DNA of 64,000 nt from Diadema antillarum (Eukaryota), in the NCBI RefSeq assembly GCF_040938485.1, contig NW_027270906.1:124001-188000 (forward strand). Reading direction: 5' to 3'. Position numbers and translations under genes: made by a program. Shown here one piece after another: positions 1-14,530 of this stretch; the first letter of the stretch is position 1, and each line of letters opens with the position of its first letter. Below the pieces are notes generated by a model that worked only from the letters and a program-made list of their open reading frames with translations, was not told where the DNA came from and searched no databases.

Positions 1-522
1 TGTCAGAAGTCCTTATTTGCTGATATTTTAACTCACTGAATTTGTGGTGTATACAGCTGAAGTGTTTAAGCTCCACTAGTTGCAAAGAAATGTCTAGAAT
101 ATATATTTGTTTTGTGGATCAAAAGTGACAAGTAATATCAGCATAACAAACAACCTTAGAATGATATATATTAGACTTTTGCCGTTTCTCCGTCACTTAT
201 TTTCATCATCCTGAAAGCTTGAGATAAATGGAGCAGCTGGTATTGGTATGGTATTTTGGTTTAATGCATCAAGAGCTCGAGTTCAAATTGATGGAGATAA
301 AATTCTTTTGTTACACTGTAATGGAGATGACTTAGAGACCATTTATCTATTGTTAATCATGAGATGGAAAATAAGTTAGAACAAAAATATTACCGTTGAT
401 TAGATTTGCAGACTGCCTTCTCAAAAGTCCAGGGGTTAGAAATCAAGACTAGGCACTCAATTGAAGTCATAGTATTTGGCTTCTGGACACATAGAGCTGT
501 TCATTGCCTCAGATCAAATAGG

Positions 523-720
523 CACTGAAAAAGTGGATATTTTCGTGCGAGCAATTTTTCGTGCTCAGCTGGGTAAGATAAGTTTCATGTGTTTTTAATT
601 CTGCGGAATCAAGACATGAACTACTGCAACATTTAGCAAGTAATAATATTCACATGCGTTTATTTTTGCCCTAGTTTCTGGTTGCGCGAAATGCACGAAA
701 ATTTCCACTATTTTACAGTA
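523..720. mobile_element. TA-flanked ~200-bp MITE (CTGTA...TACAG termini); same subfamily as 32309-32525
   Basis: CTGAAAAAGTGGATATTTT ... AAAATTTCCACTATTTTACAG-TA; body similar to 32309-32525. Confidence 0.65.
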
Positions 721-910
721 ATATCATATCCGCTGACGTGAAGGGTAATATGTAGAGCCATATCCAATGATGTGATGTCAATTTTTTTAATGATATCTCA
801 GTGATTTTATCATGTAGTAAGCAGATAATGATAGAAATAATCTGCACAGAGAATGGAGACTATCAGTGCATGACCTCTGACCTTGATGTGACCTTTGCCT
901 CTCACCCCAG

Positions 911-3900
911 GCTCTGGTCTGGTCTTGGACTGGGAGCAGGGGTCAGGGATGCTGCTGGCTTCAGGAGACGTGAGGACGATACGAGTCTGGGACACACAGC
1001 GAGAGCTCAAGCTACAGGTCAGTGAACTCCTCTCTCTGTCTACCACCTGATTCATAGTCACCCCCTCAGGGGAGCTCTTAAAGATGCCACTGTTACTTTT
1101 TTTTTGCAGTATTTTGTACTGTCTTGTACCAAAAATACTTCCAGCTCCTCAAAAAATACTGTGTATTCCCCAAATTCCATTACTATACATGTCTCTAGCA
1201 GCAAAGGTAAAGATATTGATATACTACCAAAGATATGCCTTTTATCGCTGTAAATACTGCAGTCCTCTTACGAAGTTTGGCATCCCTGAGCTCTGTTATA
1301 CAAGTGTAGAATGGTATTATGTAACAAGCTGTCTCGTGTGTGCTCTTTCAATCTTGGGGGGGGGGGGGGGGGGGGGGTAGGATTACGTAACAAAATGGAA
1401 CTTGCTGAATTTGTAGATGAAACCTACCAACATATTTAAGAAATAGCCTCTACATTATTTCTTGATTTTCCTCTGATTGTCTTATTTGCTTTAAGGTGAA
1501 TTCCAAAGCATAATTTGCTGCTGAAGAGTCTGATCTGTTTATTTTATGCGATATCATGATGATGATGATGGATTGATGGTGAGAGATATATAGGGCATTA
1601 GCCCTCAATACAGGCTGCAAGAAACCTGGTTCTTCTCTAGACTCTCTAAAGTGATATGCAGATAAAAAATATTGCTTTGTAATTTGCTGTTGGGGGTGAA
1701 GTGTCCATCCAATGTTCAACTAATTGCACTGCTGACTGAAGCACATGGAGTACATTTTGAAAGTGTATTATTATTGATGGAAAAATCACCATCATTTTGA
1801 CATCATAGAAAAATAATGAAACATGATATTTGTGAAGGAACCTTAAAGCTAGTATCTCACCAACGGAGACGTCTCCGCGACGTCTCCAACTTATCAGTGG
1901 CAGCAGTCGCGGAGACGTCTCCAACATAAAAATGTCTTGCGGTCTCACCAAGGAGACGTCTCTGAGACGAGTTATGGCAGGTGCCAAAAATGTCAAATAT
2001 GAGGGAGCCGTTGCAGGATCACCTGACTTGATCTAGGCAAGATGTCAGCACACGAATAGGTCACGTGGTTTTTAAGTAGGTCAAACAGCGTCAAATAGAG
2101 TCGCGGAGACGTCGCAGAGATGTCCCCGCGACCACTCACCAGTTTTTCTGGTCTCCAGCAGGTCTCGGGGACGTCTCTGAGACGTCTCAGAGACATCGCG
2201 GAGACGTCTCGCGACGTCTCAGCAGTCGAGGATATGATTAGTCTCCGCGACGTCTCCACAACTGATGGAGACATCTCGGAGACTTCGCGAAAAATCGAAC
2301 ATGTTCAAATTTCTTGCGACTAACTGGCGACTAATCGGAGACTCTATAATTTTCAGGAGACGTCTCTGCAACTAGCAATATCTAGAGTCGCGAACTAGTT
2401 TCAAGCCCGGTGAGATACCCCCTTTAGGAAGAACTAATTTCACTTTTGCTTTGTGACAACAAAATGGGTTATGATTTCCATATGTTAAGTCATATCCAGC
2501 ATAGAATATGGTGCATAAATAGATATAGGACTACATGTTCAAGACTGGATAGTCGAGACTGGATGGTCAAATATGATGAGTCTCATAACACCATGACTAA
2601 ACTTTGACTCGTTTCCTTTGCAGGACATTCCCACCGGTGCTGATAGCTGTGTCACTAGTCTTGCCTGTGACTCAGTGGGGAGATCGCTGCTGATTGCTGG
2701 CTGTGGAGATGGTTCCGTCAGGCTCTACGACAGGAGAATAGCGCCCTCAGAGTGGTGGGTTCAGAAATCAAAGACAGTCAGCAACTCTTAATGTGACATT
2801 TACAACTACATGATACATTCTTTGCCAAGTTTGTGTTTTTCCCATGAATGCTAAGGTGAAGAAACTAAGTGAAAGAAGCTCATGGAAAGCAATAAGGTGT
2901 GATATGATAGGCTAGTGTAGCCCATGGTGTTTGTCATGTATGTTCAATTGTAGCAGTCATTGAATTGTACTACTGTATACGCCATATATTTAGCGATTCT
3001 AAATTTTCGCGAATCTGGACTTCCCGCGATTTCAGAAGTGGTTAAATTTACAGTACTGAAAGGAGAAATATATGTGCACGTCACATTCATATCTGGATCA
3101 GAATCAATATTTTCATGTGTCTTTAAATTTGTGAATAGCACTTGACTTGCGAAGGTCGTGAAAATAAAAACCTCATGAAATATTCGGCGTATACAGTACT
3201 CTTGTTATGGACATGTGAATGTCAGTGTCAACTAACGTTTTAATCATTGAGATTTGACTGAAAGTTCTGTTATTCTGTTTCTAGTCGTGTGATGACGTTA
3301 CGTGAACACAACAGCTGGGTGGCCAATGTACACATACAGAAAGGAGCTGGAGACGGCAAAATCATTAGTGCAGGGTAAGGCCAACCACACCATTTCTCTT
3401 TAGCAGGTTGAAAGGACATGTTGACCATGATACTTTAAAACAGGCATATACCTAACTGAAGTGTTACTTGCTTAAGCTGTTATTAGCTGTTATTGAAAAA
3501 TTGAAATGGGCCCCGTTTTATCAAAAGATAAAATCAATTTTAAGTCCTATCATTAATCTCTCAAATCAACTATAAGTACATATATCAACGATTAACTCCA
3601 AATCAACCATAAGTCTGTTTTATCAAGAGACCCAAAGTTGAAATCAACTTTAACTTCCTCCCAAATCAACCATAAGTTTTCATAACTGCTCCAAATGCAT
3701 GATAACTTTATAGTTGATAAAAAATCAACTATAAGTAGAGAGAGTCTAGGTAGACTTAAGTGTAAGACAATTTACAGAAGAAAGATGACTGTCACACTTT
3801 CCTAGTCTAGCTGGGGTCTTGTCACAAATGTTTGTCTGTTAACTGCTCACTTTCTCTAACATTTAGTTAAATTTCTTTCATTTGGATATGGTCTTTTCCT

Positions 3901-6900
3901 TGCATGAAATTCGCGATTGGCATGCATTGCTTATGCGACTGCTGCACGCAAACACCCTAGACAGCAGCGGCAGTCTCAATCCCACCCTGCGCGCCCTGCG
4001 CCTCTGCCCGCCCATCCATCAAGCCATCGCCAACAAGGGCAAGTAACCGAGCGCTGGAACTGCATTTGTGTGCAATGCAATAAGAATTTCAACATTGTGT
4101 ATAGGTGTGCTAGATCTATCGACCTGTTTTCATCAATACAATAGTAGGCCAGCCAAGATGATTTTTTTTTTCTTCTTGGGACGGCGTATTTTGCGGTTCT
4201 GTTGCAAACATACTTCTAAATCAGCGGCTGTAGCACTACTGCGGCGCACTAGCAGATTACGCTTCCTTGGCCATGGCAAATGATCATGTACATTCGTGTT
4301 TTTTTTTTTTTTTTTTTGCTTTATATATTGTATTGTTTTTAAGCAGACAGTACTGGAAACCAGCCTCGTCCTGTGTTGTTTATTTTGACTGAATCAATAA
4401 TTAAGTCGTGGTGATCAGCTATAACTATAATCCACTATAAAGTCTCTTCGTAAAACGGAAACTTATAGTTGATTGAAAGTTATAGCGGATTTTAAGTCGA
4501 TCAAAGTTATCATTGATTTCACAATTGACTTTAACTTTATCTTGATAAAACGGGGCCCTGAAGAAACATTGTATTGTGCCCAGCAAATAACAATTGATAA
4601 ATCAGACTTACAGTATAGTATACCATGGACCTACTACACATGGACATTCATCGCTCGTTAATTAATTCGTGCACCTGTTTCTGTCAAAAGCGTCACAAAA
4701 ACATTTTGAACATGCTTTCCTGCTTTGATCCAGTGTTGTCCACCGACAGCCAGCCTGGATAAAAACAAGACGGCACTTTGAGAAATCTAAAAACTCTGTG
4801 CGCAGAAGATGATAACTCTCTTAAATCAAGAAAAATGCATGTGCAGTTGTAGTGCATATTGTGAAATCATCGCTAAAGCAACTTCATTTGCGAAATGCAA
4901 GTACTTTACAAGAAAAAGCAAGTAATTAAGCAGGTTGACTTTGCTTTGTAATCTATTTTCCCCCATTTGTCGCACACTGTTTCAGATTAAACATGGGCAG
5001 TGAAAGTAGACAACATGCTTGTCTTGCCATTCAGGGATGTGACATGCATGGCCGCAAGTGGCCGCTTCAGTAATTACAAATTTTGTGACGCAAAATTTGT
5101 CCTTGTTTCAGGTTTGCTGCTCCCCATCATTGGTGTTTATTCAAAGGCAGTTGAGTCTGAAAAGGCACCTCAGCCAAATAGGACCGAAATGAGGGAAACT
5201 GGGTTCTTTTGTCAGTGATGATGCACGATTACACAATCGTCACTGTCCAAACGTCTGAATGTATTCATTAAGATGCACATAATCAGGTGGCGGTGGTGAA
5301 CATTGGATCAAAGAAAGACCTCCGTTCATGGTCCATATGTGTAGTAGGTCCATGAGTATACTATAGTTAAGTACACCCATTCTAACAGGATTTTAAATGG
5401 CAGTATTACAATTGCCTTGTGACTATTAAAGACTGTACAGTCTTCTCTTGTACATTGTAAAGTTGCTCTATATTTGTATCGATTATGCTGAGTATTCTGT
5501 GATAACCATTGCCTGGTTGCCCTTGAATCCTTGCAGCCTGGGAGGTGATGTGAGGTTCTGGGACCCAAGGTTCACGGAGTCTGTTCGAGTAGTGAATACC
5601 GCCCCCGGACTCACATCTATGGCTGTTCATCCCCATGCTGGTATCTTTGCATGGTAAGACATCTGTTTCTAGGGTAGTAAAGCCTGCTGATACCATGGGT
5701 GACAGGTCTGTGTACAATGATGTTAACGGCATATTCGGAGATGGAGTTCCCAAATGGACTTGTGCGACAAACGCTTGCAGTATGCGCCAAAAACAACCGC
5801 ACTGACAGAATGAGAAGCAAGTACAATGTACTATCTCTATCAAGAGAAAAAATATCAATATCCCACGCTAGAGGGGATATGCAAAACATCTGTGTTATGG
5901 GAGGCATTATTTTTGTGAATTGCTTGTTTTGTTAATACTGGTTGACACATGAAATTTGCGAAAATAACAACAGCAAAATATGTCATGTGTACAGTATGTG
6001 ACATTGCCTTTTATTGGGGGGAATGACTTGATTTGTGTCAAAGTTGAACAAAACTTCCACAAATTTCTTATCAAAAGAGGCTGTTGATTCATTTTGAAAT
6101 ATGGAACCAAGTGGCAAGTCAAGTGAAATTACCGTGCAAATTTGGCTGTGCCAACTAGGTCCCTGTCATTGTCTTCCAGATTTACTTGAGGTGGGGAAGG
6201 TCAAATTCAGTCCTTTTATGCAAGATGATTTGCTCTCCAATTCATTCCTGGTTGACTTAGATCCATAGGACCCCCACCCCACTACAAAGCTTCAAACTTT
6301 GCCCCCTTACACCACCCTCCCCAGTACCACAAGGCTCAGTGTGCTTTATGTACTGGAAACAATGCTAAGTATTTTAAGCCCTTGTGATTCTGCAGGGATT
6401 AAAAGGAGGAAAGTCAATCAATGCCTTCTGACTCCAAGATCAGTGTGGCTGGTCCTTACTTTGTCTCTGGTATCTAGTCTCTAATCTCTTGTCTTTAGTA
6501 TCCAGGCTTGGGTGTTGGTGAGGGATTAGGGCAATGCCTCAAGCTCAAAAAGCTGTAGGCACAGGAAAGACGAATAATTGTTTGATTCTATGGGAGGATC
6601 AGGCATGCTGTTTCTTTCAAAGCATTGTAATCTGCAGTATTTTGCGGAAATGTAATGGGTGTACATGTACCATGGAATGTCTGCAGGTGGAGACCCAAAG
6701 AATATGTTAAAACACAGTGAAACCAGCCTGGGGGTAGTTTGTAGGAATATGTAGCAGTAGTGCAGTAGGCACAGCAGTGTTGTCCACTTCACCATATTCT
6801 ATTATCCCAAACTTGGTGATGAAACAAACAATCACACTTGCTGTTACATGAGAAAATTTTGAAGATGTCTAAGCCTTATACATTGTGGCAAAGAAGTTTT

Positions 6901-8861
6901 TTGTTTGAAGAAAGCTTGAATAAATATTTGGTAGTTCCATCAAGATACACTGTTCAAGTGGTGAAATGAACAAGATTTACATAGATTATTCATGTACCCA
7001 CAAACTCTGTACAGATTAAAAGCAAGAAAAAATGTATTTTGGTGTTCCTGGCATGATTTGTTTGATACAAAGTAGATATTTAGTTGTACTTGTCATAGTG
7101 TATCCTTTGTTGTTGTTGTTGTTGTCGTCGTCGTCGTTGTCGTTGTGTTTGTGTGTATTATGCATAATTTGCATTGACTTTATTTTATAATAAAGTACGA
7201 TTGGAGTTGAATGTAGATAGTGGTGATCCACCCTCTTTTGTATCAACTAACATGAACATTGGCATTTGAAATTGGATATTCCTTTCTTCATAGATAGTTT
7301 GCTTGAACCTGTGTTGAAGAAAATGTATCTACAGTTGATGATCAATAACAGAACAGTGAATTTTTCACATTAAACTTTTAGTCTTTACACTTCTGCTTTG
7401 GGGTACTCATTCTCTCAACATTTTATGTAAAAAGTCACCCACACTCATTTCATATGCCTTTGAAATGACAACACAACAAAAGATAATTGGTATGTTTATC
7501 TGTACAATGTATATGTTTTAAGAAAGTACAGGAATGATAGGATGTGTTACATCTCAGTTTCTTGATCTGTTCGATGCTTTGTCATTTGCGATCGGGCCCT
7601 TTCCACTATCATGTCATTGTTTTGGTTTGTGTTCCCTTGCAGCGGTTACAACTCCCAGCAAATCAATGTGTACAACACGCAGGGAGATACACTGAGCACC
7701 ATCAAGTACTATGAGGGCTTCATTGGGCAGAGAATAGGACCGGTTAGCTCCTTGGCTTTCCACCCGTACAAGGTAATATGGCTGTACAGTATACTGTAAA
7801 ACACATTATTTTCGTGGCATGAAATTTTCGCAAATTGGAGCCGATGGCCTTTTTCGCGGCATGAAATTTTCGCGAGTTGCCTCTAACATTCAATGAGTAT
7901 AGTGTAGACAAGAACTTTCACATGCATTTTAATTTCGCGAATCTTGGCCCTTGCGAAATTCGCAAAATTAAAATGCACGCGAACATTCCTCGTTTTACAG
8001 TATCCCCCCAAAAAAAATTACAATTGGATTTTCGCATTAATATCTTCCAATATGATGAAATTCTCTGAATGCTATTTCAGGGATAGTACAGTTTTGGTGG
8101 AAATGAGGATTTGGCTTTTAACTTTTTGTGAGATACCAAGAAAACACTTATGATATAGTACAGAGCATACTATTTTAAGAGGAATTCAAAGTTTATTTGA
8201 TGAAAATCGCATTTGGAATGACTGAAACATCCAAAAACAAAGTAAAACAAAGCGATCGTAATAAAGTGTGGGTCCCACACTTTATTAGAATCGCTCTTTG
8301 TGGATATCTCAGCCATTTCAAAACCAATTTTCGTCAAATAAGCGTTGAATTCCTCAGAGAATTACATGCTCTTTCATATTTCATAAGAGGTTTCTCATTA
8401 TCTCACCAAAAAATGTTAGAAACCTGAAACTAGGTCTCAACCAAAACTATACGATCCCTTTAAAATATAACATCTTTCCTATATTTCGTAGAAAACCCCA
8501 TTCAATTTGGTTAAGTGGTCACAGAGAAATGTGGATCGTTGTAAAGGATGTCATGGGTCTGATTCTTCCAAGTTTAGCACTTTGATGCTCTTGGAACTGC
8601 ACATTAATGTGTGAACATAGTGGACAGAACTTGGAGGGAAGGGATTCCTGACATGCTCTTCAAAACTCCTCATTTCTCTTTGACCACTGAACCAAATCGG
8701 ATGGGGCTTTCTGTAAAATGTTTGTTGTAAGATGTAGTTTCTTACCCTGAAATTGTATTTGGATCTATTCACTGTTTTTAAAGCTTTCATTACAGAGGGT
8801 TCCATTGTGATTTTTTTTATTTTTTTTATTTATTTATTTATTATTATTATCATTTTATTTT

Positions 8862-8892
<31 letters not shown>

Positions 8893-9474
8893 TTTTTTTT
8901 TTGGGGGGGGGGGTCATATGGTATAACGCCTAACCGTCCTATGTGATAGTTGCTTTGTGCTTTGTTACACCATAAAATTACTTTGTGAGAACTGTGTGTT
9001 AATCTATTTTTCTATACTTTCGTTGTGATATCATGGATTTTTAGTGGATTTACAATTAGTATAGACCTGCTATATCAGGGTACAACAATATAGAAATGTA
9101 AGGAGTTTAGACCTGCAAATCACCTTATTTTATGAGGGTTTTGTTGTACAGTGCACTCTTGTCATAAGGCACATGGTCACAACAAAATTCTTGTTACAGT
9201 GAAGTAAAATTCAGTTCCCAAAGTCATCATCTATATGTTTATATACTTTACTGTTCTGCTTTAATGAAATTTTGATACAACAAAAGAAAACTGCCAGTCC
9301 TAAGGACTTTGTTATAATGGGAGTCACCGCTATCTTAAGCCTCTTTGTAACTAGGTTCCACCATAATTACTACTAATCATCTCGAGTGCTGTTTCTTTGT
9401 TCTTTCAGCTCCATCTGGCTGCAGGATGCCGGGATTCATTCCTCTCCATCTACTCCACCGACAAGAAGAGATAA
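911..9474 (+). CDS. RPTOR: Regulatory-associated protein of mTOR (Raptor), 3' part: last six coding exons (C-terminal WD40 repeats); 5' part lies outside the window
   Basis: Exons with AG/GT boundaries and consistent phase: 911-1017, 2624-2754, 3285-3374, 5537-5653, 7643-7772, 9409-9474 (TAA). The spliced translation GSGLVLDWEQGSGMLLASGDVRTIRVWDTQRELKLQ-DIPTGADSCVTSLACDSVGRSLLIAGCGDGSVRLYDRRIAPSEC-RVMTLREHNSWV...[45 protein letters not shown] matches the Raptor C-terminus as I know it. Confidence 0.96.
1844..2426. mobile_element. MITE with GACGTC-palindrome-rich interior (PIF/Harbinger-like, tentative) in an RPTOR intron
   Basis: TIR core GTATCTCACC (1852-1861) / GGTGAGATAC (2409-2418), extendable to TAAAG...CTTTA; about 11 GACGTC copies inside. 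Confidence 0.65.
2971..3198. mobile_element. TA-flanked MITE (TACTGTATACGCC...GGCGTATACAGTA)
   Basis: 13-bp perfect inverted termini including the TA; ATTTTCGCG internal motifs shared with related copies. Confidence 0.7.
3508..4558. mobile_element. Non-autonomous DNA element with GGGCCCCGTTTTATCAA terminal inverted repeats
   Basis: 17-bp perfect TIR at 3508-3524 and 4542-4558; AAATCAAC(T/C)ATAAGT subterminal repeats inverted at the two ends; CpG-rich core near 3905-4270. Confidence 0.65.
7792..8002. mobile_element. TA-flanked MITE (TACTGTAAAAC...GTTTTACAGTA), 19 nt after an RPTOR donor
   Basis: Inverted termini and repeated AAATTTTCGC motifs. Confidence 0.7.
8076..8463. mobile_element. TTAA-type (Kolobok-like, tentative) non-autonomous element; relatives at ~19795-20128, 31550-31940 and ~53235-53580
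   Basis: Ends AGGGATAGTACAGTTTTGGT ... ACCAAAACTATACGATCCCT-TTAA. The body (GATATCCAAAAAC, GGTCCCAC, GAAAATCG, GCTCTTTCATATTTCATAAGAGG) recurs at the three other sites. Confidence 0.65.
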
Positions 9475-9701
9475 CCCCGCCCCTCCTCCTCCTCCTCCTC
9501 CTCTCTCCAGATACCAGGAGACGGTGGCACCAAACTCTAGCCAACATGGGTGGTGGGAATGGGTGCAGTCTGCTCCTGTTGTCTTGTGACACGCATCCTT
9601 GGCGGATATAGACAACTCTTCACTAATGACACTGTAATGAGAATATGTATTCAATGGGTGGATGTCATCGTTTTTGTTTTTGTTTTTGTTTTTAATACAT
9701 A

Positions 9702-9885
9702 CAGTCAACCTTGCCTAAGTCGAATCTGTTTGGACAGAAGAAATAGCTGCGACTTAGGGAAAATTTGATATATGGGGTATTAAAATCAATAGAATGTATA
9801 GAGAAGAGGACTTGAAAAAACCTTTGACCGAGGCGATTAGCTGAGTATTCGACCTATGTGAGGTTGACTTAAGCAAGGTTGACTG
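9702..9885. mobile_element. Tc1/mariner-pogo-like MITE downstream of the RPTOR stop
   Basis: TA|CAGTCAACCTTGC(C)TAAGTC ... GACTTAAGCAAGGTTGACTG|TA. Confidence 0.72.
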
Positions 9886-12800
9886 TATTTTTGTTTTTAT
9901 TTTGTCTTTGAAGGAGATGTAATATGAATATCAGTTTTGATATGAACAAGCAATCCTAATGAATTACAGGTACCCCATTAAGTCCCTCAATACATTTTCA
10001 TGTGCTTTCTGTGACAGTGTTCAAGCTGTTAGTGTAGAAGCAGAAACTTCTGTGCAATCAGATTTGTCCCAAGAATATATGCTCTTTATCATTCTTTGGG
10101 ATGTTGATGTGAAGCACAAAGTTTGAGAAAATTTCCACTCCATGAATTTGTTTCCCAAAGTATTGAATGCTATCCATAAAAATATGAATATATATCTACA
10201 GCTGGACAGTAGCATTTCAAAATTTACTACCCTCAAACTGCCCAAGTTCCTAGAGTGCTCTGATAATAGATCATTGCAGTGATTGTAAGTGATTGTCATA
10301 ATTTGAGTTTCTGAGGGGAAACAGTAAGATGAATTCATATTCAGATGCTCATAACTCTGCTGTAGTTTTCCCATTTGCGGGATGATTGTCAGCCAGGGCA
10401 CTGTTTCATGAAAGTTGTTAGACCTGACAAGTTCTCATTCTCTTACAGTTACCATAGTAACAGTCTGTAAGAAGAGCTTCTCAGCTAATCAAACCAAGAA
10501 GTTTTACTGAAATTGTCTGAATATGAAAACTTTCATGACGTGATGCCCAGGTCTTTAAAATCATTAGTGGACTGATATGAAACCAATGCCCTTTCTTGTT
10601 TAGATAGGTACCTACCGTACCCTTCAATTTTGGGTGTTCTGTTTAGAATTCATTTGCTTTTTTCCCCCAGTTCTTGATGATGGAGCATTATGGTAGTTAT
10701 CAATATGTCCTAAAACATGTCATCAGTGTGATGGTGCTAATGAATTAAACCTCTGTGAGTCTATCAAACTGAATCATGTACAGAATTTCTGTCATTTTAG
10801 CACAAATCTTCATCCACCATTCATATTACAGTGAATGCAGTTTTCCTGTGCCATATGCTGTTTCAGATATCAAAGTAATTGTTTTGGATATCAAAACAAT
10901 GCAGAATAAGGCTGCTATTTCAGGTTTCTGAAAGGACACATGTTAGAATCACATCATCAGGATATCTTCAAGTTGTGAATTTTCATCGAAGGTTTGGCTC
11001 AGCCTCGGCACATTTTCAATGTTTTTAGCAAAACACTGCAAAATGGTCTGGCTTGCAGGTGACATCTGACCTTTTGTGTCAAAGTTCAGACACAAGGTGA
11101 TTCCTGTATGACCTGAAGATCAGCAGTATTTTCATTGAAGGATAAATATTAATTTTGATCATAATTCTTCCCTGGTTTTCATGGTTCCATTTTGATGAAG
11201 TTCAGAAAAAAAGAATAGAAGTTAAAAGTTTGTAAAAATGTCAATATTGCCACGAATCAGTATAAACTGGATATTATCATCTCAATAAAACCTAATATCT
11301 ACTTTGAGACAGTGTTTTTTTTTAAAGGAAGTCACTGACTAGAGATCTTGACATCGAAAAAACTTTAACCATGATAATGTGTAGTCTACAATGATATCAG
11401 GTTGATTAGAATGAACTACCAAAGGTTAACTAGTCTTAACAAAATTATGTAGTGCTGTCTTGTGGTCTACTGAGAGATGCTTCCTACTCCTTTTAAAGAT
11501 ACTTGCAGCCTTAAAATGGGATGTTCCCCCTGCTTAAAAAAAAGAGTTGTCTTTATCTCCCTTGTGCATGAGCACTTATATTTACTTCAGTGTTTACCAA
11601 AATACTTACACTTGTCCAGAATGTGCTACACTTATTTCCAAAGATCATGCAATGTGTCAAACTTATCAAGAAGTAACGATAGTATGCGCCATTGTTTTAT
11701 TGCCAAATACATGACTTCACCTCTCGGCAGTACATCCAGCCACAGGATGGTTTGTATGGTGCTGTTATTGTTTTAATTAATGGTAGATGATTGAAATCAG
11801 TGGAGATATAAACTTTACTAAATATCATGGACACAATGTGACTATGTAACTACATGTACTGTGTGAAGTGTAACAGTCTTAATAAATTATCAGTAAAAAT
11901 GGACAGAACGCTGTAAACTGAGTTGAGTGTTAAAATCTAACCACAACTTCTCAGTTTTATTTGTGAACGTTGGTGAATGTTGTCAGAACCTTAGTCACTC
12001 AACCAAGGCACTATGTGATCCGAAATTTGTCGTGGGGCACTGGTGCCACTACGCTGAGGAGTGAGCTGCTTATATGAATTGCAACACCCAATTTTTGGTG
12101 GGTAAATGTTAGCAGGAAGCCTTATTACTTACTATAGCCCCATTTCATAAAGCACTTGCAATATCTATGGTTACCATGGCGACTGCTGCAGCAGTTGCAA
12201 GTATTAATCATCTGTGAATGAAGGTACGTGTATTGTACAATGGGGCGTTAAGCCAGAAGTCCACTGGTCTTGCATCATAATTGCAACTTTATAGTCCATG
12301 GACTTCACTTAAATGACGTTGTGTGGTAAAGTTTTCACTGTAGTAAATCGGTATTCAACATATGAGATGAGATACTCCTACGAGATGAGATACATGATCT
12401 TTTACATTGCAGCTTTCCATCTGTGCTAGACAGATTAGACATACCCATTATTGAAGACCTTGTTCTATTTTCCATGTTTGTTTGTTTTTTCTGGAAACTA
12501 TTCTTTCTCAATTACCACACATGGAAAAGATATTCAGTTTATTTCTTGAAACTATTAAATACCCAGAGTTCTTGAACAGCATCTCTGAAAGGAAAACTGC
12601 TGAGTATTTTTTTTTAAAGAAAAGAAAAGTATTCTGAATTTCTTTCATCTGGGCAAGAGAATTGTATTTGTATGTTAAATTTGACATCATGTGGATGTTC
12701 TGGAGAAGAAAAATATGACTTTGCAATCATTCTCAAGCCATTTGTCACGCAAATAATATCATGACAGGGAAAATGTCTTTCAACCACAAACATATCCTAA

Positions 12801-14084
12801 AGTCAGGTTATGACACTGATAAGTGTTACTATTTCTTTTATCTAATTCTGTTTATTTTCCTTTCCCAGTTGAAAGAAAAAAAAAATCTGCAACATGTTCT
12901 GAACTTATTTGAAAGGAAATTCCCATTCATGTTTTAATTGTACAGCTAGCTTTCTGTCGTATTTATCATCTGTTTCTTACATTTGTAAATGACCAAAAGC
13001 TGTTGTACATGTACAAGATCTGTTGATGTAGAACTGCGAAAACTTTGGGTTACTTTGACTTGAGTTGTTTTAATTTCATTGATGCTGCATGCCATTGTGT
13101 CGGGTGTGCTAGATTTGTCTGTTTGGACACGAAGGCACATTGATATAGACGTAACAAGTAGACACATTTCATCCAGTTTGTGCCAATCAAGACACTATTG
13201 CAAATGCATCAAATTACACATGCACAAACTGTTATGATATTAAAACATACTTTATGATTTTACACTACACAGTGTGTAATACTATCTCTTATCTACACTT
13301 GTTCAAGACATGCAATGATTTTTAAGGAAATATGATTATTTAATTTTTAAAGGGTTTTGTTTCTTCTGTGTTATTCCTATTCTTTACCTTGCCCTATGTT
13401 TGGGAAAAGTTTGTTTAAAAATGAGAAAACCAGTTCTCTATACCTGTATATACTAGAGCACATAAGGTGCATGTGCGTTTTCTGTGATTGTGCATACTCT
13501 AAATTTGTATGTATAGTACAGAATTTGTAATCTGTATGATAAAGTATGACGTGTAATGTGTAATAAAGTTAGACATGATCCAAATCTCCCGTGTGGTGTT
13601 AGAAAACATGGTGTAATATGGTGCAACATGTAAGAAGGAAATCACACCGTGAGTAATGCAAACTACCGTGAGTTTTGACATAATTATGTAAAGAATTATG
13701 ATCTTTGTAAATTGTACATAAAGAAGAGGAACTATGGAATGTTGGTGAGAATTATCTTTATTTGTACAAATGAGGTACCCAGTGCAAATTCACTCAAGTG
13801 TCTTTGTCTTAATAATAAAGGCAAGTTGAACATGATCCCTGCGCATGATGTTGCTTTATTGCCTTGACACAGACCTTGTTACGAAAACGACACAAAATGG
13901 AAGTACAAAATTATACACATCTACCCCTCCCTGCCTACAAATTTGAAGTCATATTCCATAAATAATTTCTACTGATTGCCAGCTTTAAGACAATGAGTAA
14001 ATTCAAATTATGCTTCATGCAGCCGTGCCTGAATATCAGAATGGACCACATCAAGATTATTGTGTACACATCTGATACACAGTA

Positions 14085-14275
14085 CAGTGGACTCCTGTCC
14101 CCTGAATAACAAACATGGTTATAACAAAATTCAGGTTACAAGAAAGTAAAAATTAAGGCTGCAAAATTATCCGCTCTTTGTTTTTTATTGTTTATTTGTT
14201 CGGTTATAACAACATTTCGATATAGCGAAAGAAAATTGCCGGTCCCGAGGACTTTGTTATAACAGGAGTCCACAG
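14085..14275. mobile_element. pogo/Tigger-like MITE downstream of MRM2
   Basis: TA|CAGTGGACTCCTGT ... ACAGGAGTCCACAG|TA; related fragments near 9150-9330 and 35300-35470. Confidence 0.68.
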
Positions 14276-14530
14276 TATCTCTATGTGAATCTTCATGGAA
14301 GAATAGACCAATTTGCAAATGAAGGTGTAGGCTACAGATCTTTCAACTGAAAATAAGAAGACAAGCAGACAGAAGAGAGGATCGACGTGATCACCAGGAT
14401 TAAGAGTCCACAGCAGTTGATGAAAGTTCACCCACAAAATTGCTTAAATTTGGTAGAAGCTGTAACCTCCTGTTACTGTATTGTATCATCATCCCCAACC
14501 GCTGAAAGTTTTCTGTATCATTGTTATCCG

